Below, one piece after another: positions 62,097 through 64,000 of a DNA stretch of 64,000 bases. The stretch is from Octopus bimaculoides (taxonomy: Eukaryota), in the NCBI RefSeq assembly GCF_001194135.2, contig NC_068982.1, positions 86,911,994 to 86,975,993 of the forward strand, in the 5' to 3' direction. Position 1 is the first letter of the stretch; each line of letters starts with the position of its first letter. The translations under genes were made by a program, and so were the position numbers. The notes under the pieces were generated by a model. It searched no databases. It had not been told where the DNA came from and saw only the letters and a program-made list of their open reading frames with translations.

Positions 62097-62569
62097 AATA
62101 CCGTAGTTCAACAGTGCTACCTTACTCCCTCCAAAGCTGGGTCAGTTCAGTACAATTCCTTAGCTTGTTTTTCTGAACTTTCGGTGACCGGAAAGGGTCA
62201 CCGATCACTCCTACGCTAAAAATAACTGTACTTGTTCACAGGACAAAGGAAATACCATTGTNNNNNNNNNNNNNNNNNNNNNNNNNNNNNNNNNNNNNNN
62301 NNNNNNNNNNNNNNNNNNNNNNNNNNNNNNNNNNNNNNNNNNNNNNNNNNNNNNNNNNNNNNNNNNNNNNNNNNNNNNNNNNNNNNNNNNNNNNNNNNNN
62401 NNNNNNNNNNNNNNNNNNNNNNNNNNNNNNNNNNNNNNNNNNNNNNNNNNNNNNNNNNNNNNNNNNNNNNNNNNNNNNNNNNNNNNNNNNNNNNNNNNNN
62501 NNNNNNNNNNNNNNNNNNNNNNNNNNNNNNNNAGAGAGAAAGAGGAGGCATTCAGAAATTATAGATAAA

Positions 62570-63240
62570 CGGACCTTAAAGGACTTTTTAGCATGTTCAG
62601 GTGAAAAAAAAAACAGCTATAATCTCTGGAGAAACTCACCCACCCTGCAAAACCGGGAGGCATTTACCTAAAAATGCAACTCTTAAAAGCTTACTATCCG
62701 AACTACAAAAGATAACAACAGGCACCGTACAGCTCTTAAGCTATACTGCCTTTAAACTGTAAAAACACCCATCAACTTTTTACTTGGACACATGACACGT
62801 GCTAAAGTATCTTCGACCATCTTAAACCTACAGAGCTGCTGCCTTGACAATGTCGTTTCCATTGCAATGCTAACCCATATCCTGTCTCTCATTCTACGGT
62901 GATCTATCCTTTTCTTTGGAAACAAGCTAGAATGCGTCTCATAACCAAGAAAGGTAACTCTTCTGATTATGCCAACAATTGTCATAGTGCAATCACATCC
63001 TGTATTTTTAAGGTAAGAAAGACAGCTATAAACAACAATATCCTCCAACTCAACCTTGAATCTCTAACTCTCCTTGAAGACCATCAGGACAGTTTCCATA
63101 AGCCAGATTCACTGGTTATCTACTCTCCCATCACCTATCAATGAGCTTTCTACTTACAGAAATTTGGTGCCTGGACATCAGTAAGCTTTCGACCGAGTCT
63201 GACATGCAAGTTTTCTGTGGAAACTACTTGCTTGTGCGCT
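62570..63240 (+). mobile_element. Decayed Jockey/CR1-group RT fragment
   Basis: YPFLWKQARMRLITKKGNSSDYANN...LEDHQDSF and LDISK-FDRV across a frameshift. Confidence 0.6.
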
Positions 63241-63383
63241 GACGCTTCCTCTAGATCTTGTAGATAAAAAAAAGAATAAAATAAATTCCCATCAAAGAAC
63301 TCATCTATGAGATATTTTGATAACTATATATGTATGTACATATTCATACATACATACATACATACATACATACATACATACAT

Positions 63384-63741
63384 ACTAGCAGCTGTCCAAA
63401 AATGTCATCACGGTATTACCAATCTATGAGACATGATGTTGTGGCCAAGACACTGTACAATGAAATCCGCCGACAGGATAACCCCGGGGCTAAGGAGATG
63501 AAAACCTATAATGAGGTAGAGGCTATTACCACTCACAATATGAAAGGGTATTGGTGGAATGTCCCAATAAAAACCTCAATAAAGTGCAGACATAATAGAC
63601 CGGATATAGTAATCTGGGACAGAGAAGAGAAACTCTGTACAGTAGTAGAAATCAGCTGTCCTGCGGATGTCAACATCCCACTAAAGATTAGAGAAAAAGA
63701 GAACAACTACGCCGAGTTACTGAGAAATTTACAGATACTCC
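63384..63741 (+). mobile_element. REL-type (R4/Dong-like) LINE C-terminal endonuclease fragment, frame open into the gap
   Basis: TSSCPKMSSRYYQSMRHDVVAKTLY...WWNVPIKT...HNRPDIVIWD...VVEISCPAD...EKENNYAELLRNLQIL: end of CCHC knuckle, RHD, PD..E/D REL motifs. 119 codons with no stop; missed by the ORF track. Confidence 0.85.
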
Positions 63742-64000
63742 NNNNNNNNNNNNNNNNNNNNNNNNNNNNNNNNNNNNNNNNNNNNNNNNNNNNNNNNNNN
63801 NNNNNNNNNNNNNNNNNNNNNNNNNNNNNNNNNNNNNNNNNNNNNNNNNNNNNNNNNNNNNNNNNNNNNNNNNNNNNNNNNNNNNNNNNNNNNNNNNNNN
63901 NNNNNNNNNNNNNNNNNNNNNNNNNNNNNNNNNNNNNNNNNNNNNNNNNNNNNNNNNNNNNNNNNNNNNNNNNNNNNNNNNNNNNNNNNNNNNTAGCGAA

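Larger units (their letters stand above)
22599..63993. other. Assembly gaps (N runs)
   Basis: N runs at ~22599-22740, 24198-24462, 34025-34033, 38958-39253, 43420-43429, 49235-49309, 53297-53739, 62262-62532, 63742-63993. Confidence 0.95.

Noticed and set aside
2300-63741. Three R4/Dong-like pieces (2300-4350, 52251-53145, 63384-63741) roughly tile one ORF and might be a split or domesticated gene
   Set aside because: They are 10-48 kb apart, lack splice signals at the junctions, overlap with divergent sequence, and the first two have many stops: independent insertions.

Overview
AT-rich, repeat-dense animal genomic DNA from a draft scaffold with nine N-gaps. The SINE families, long (CA)/(ATCT)/(ACAT)/(AAT) microsatellites and LINE spectrum suggest a cephalopod, probably Octopus (inference). 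No intact multi-exon host gene, rRNA, true tRNA or CRISPR array is visible; nearly all ORF-track entries are microsatellite read-through or decayed transposons. Retroelements: R4/Dong-type REL LINE pieces, RTE LINEs, a CR1/L2-group LINE, Penelope-like elements with decayed hammerhead ribozymes, tRNA-derived SINEs and an LTR-like unit. DNA transposons: a full-length hAT/Buster relic, a Tip100/ZMYM-like hAT relic, three Chapaev3-like relics, Tc1/mariner relics and several MITEs with clean TSDs. The most notable observations are (i) a 584-bp element with 8-bp TSD, 37-bp TIRs and an inner inverted repeat carrying CCAAT+CRE-like motifs around head-to-head telomeric arrays; (ii) a 3' tail shared by the dominant SINE and the CR1/L2-group LINE; (iii) Penelope-linked minimal hammerheads; (iv) LINE junctions at microsatellites, including an REL fragment at (ACAT)n; (v) a candidate terminal host exon with lysosomal sorting motifs. 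All calls come from reading the sequence by eye; no database search was run.
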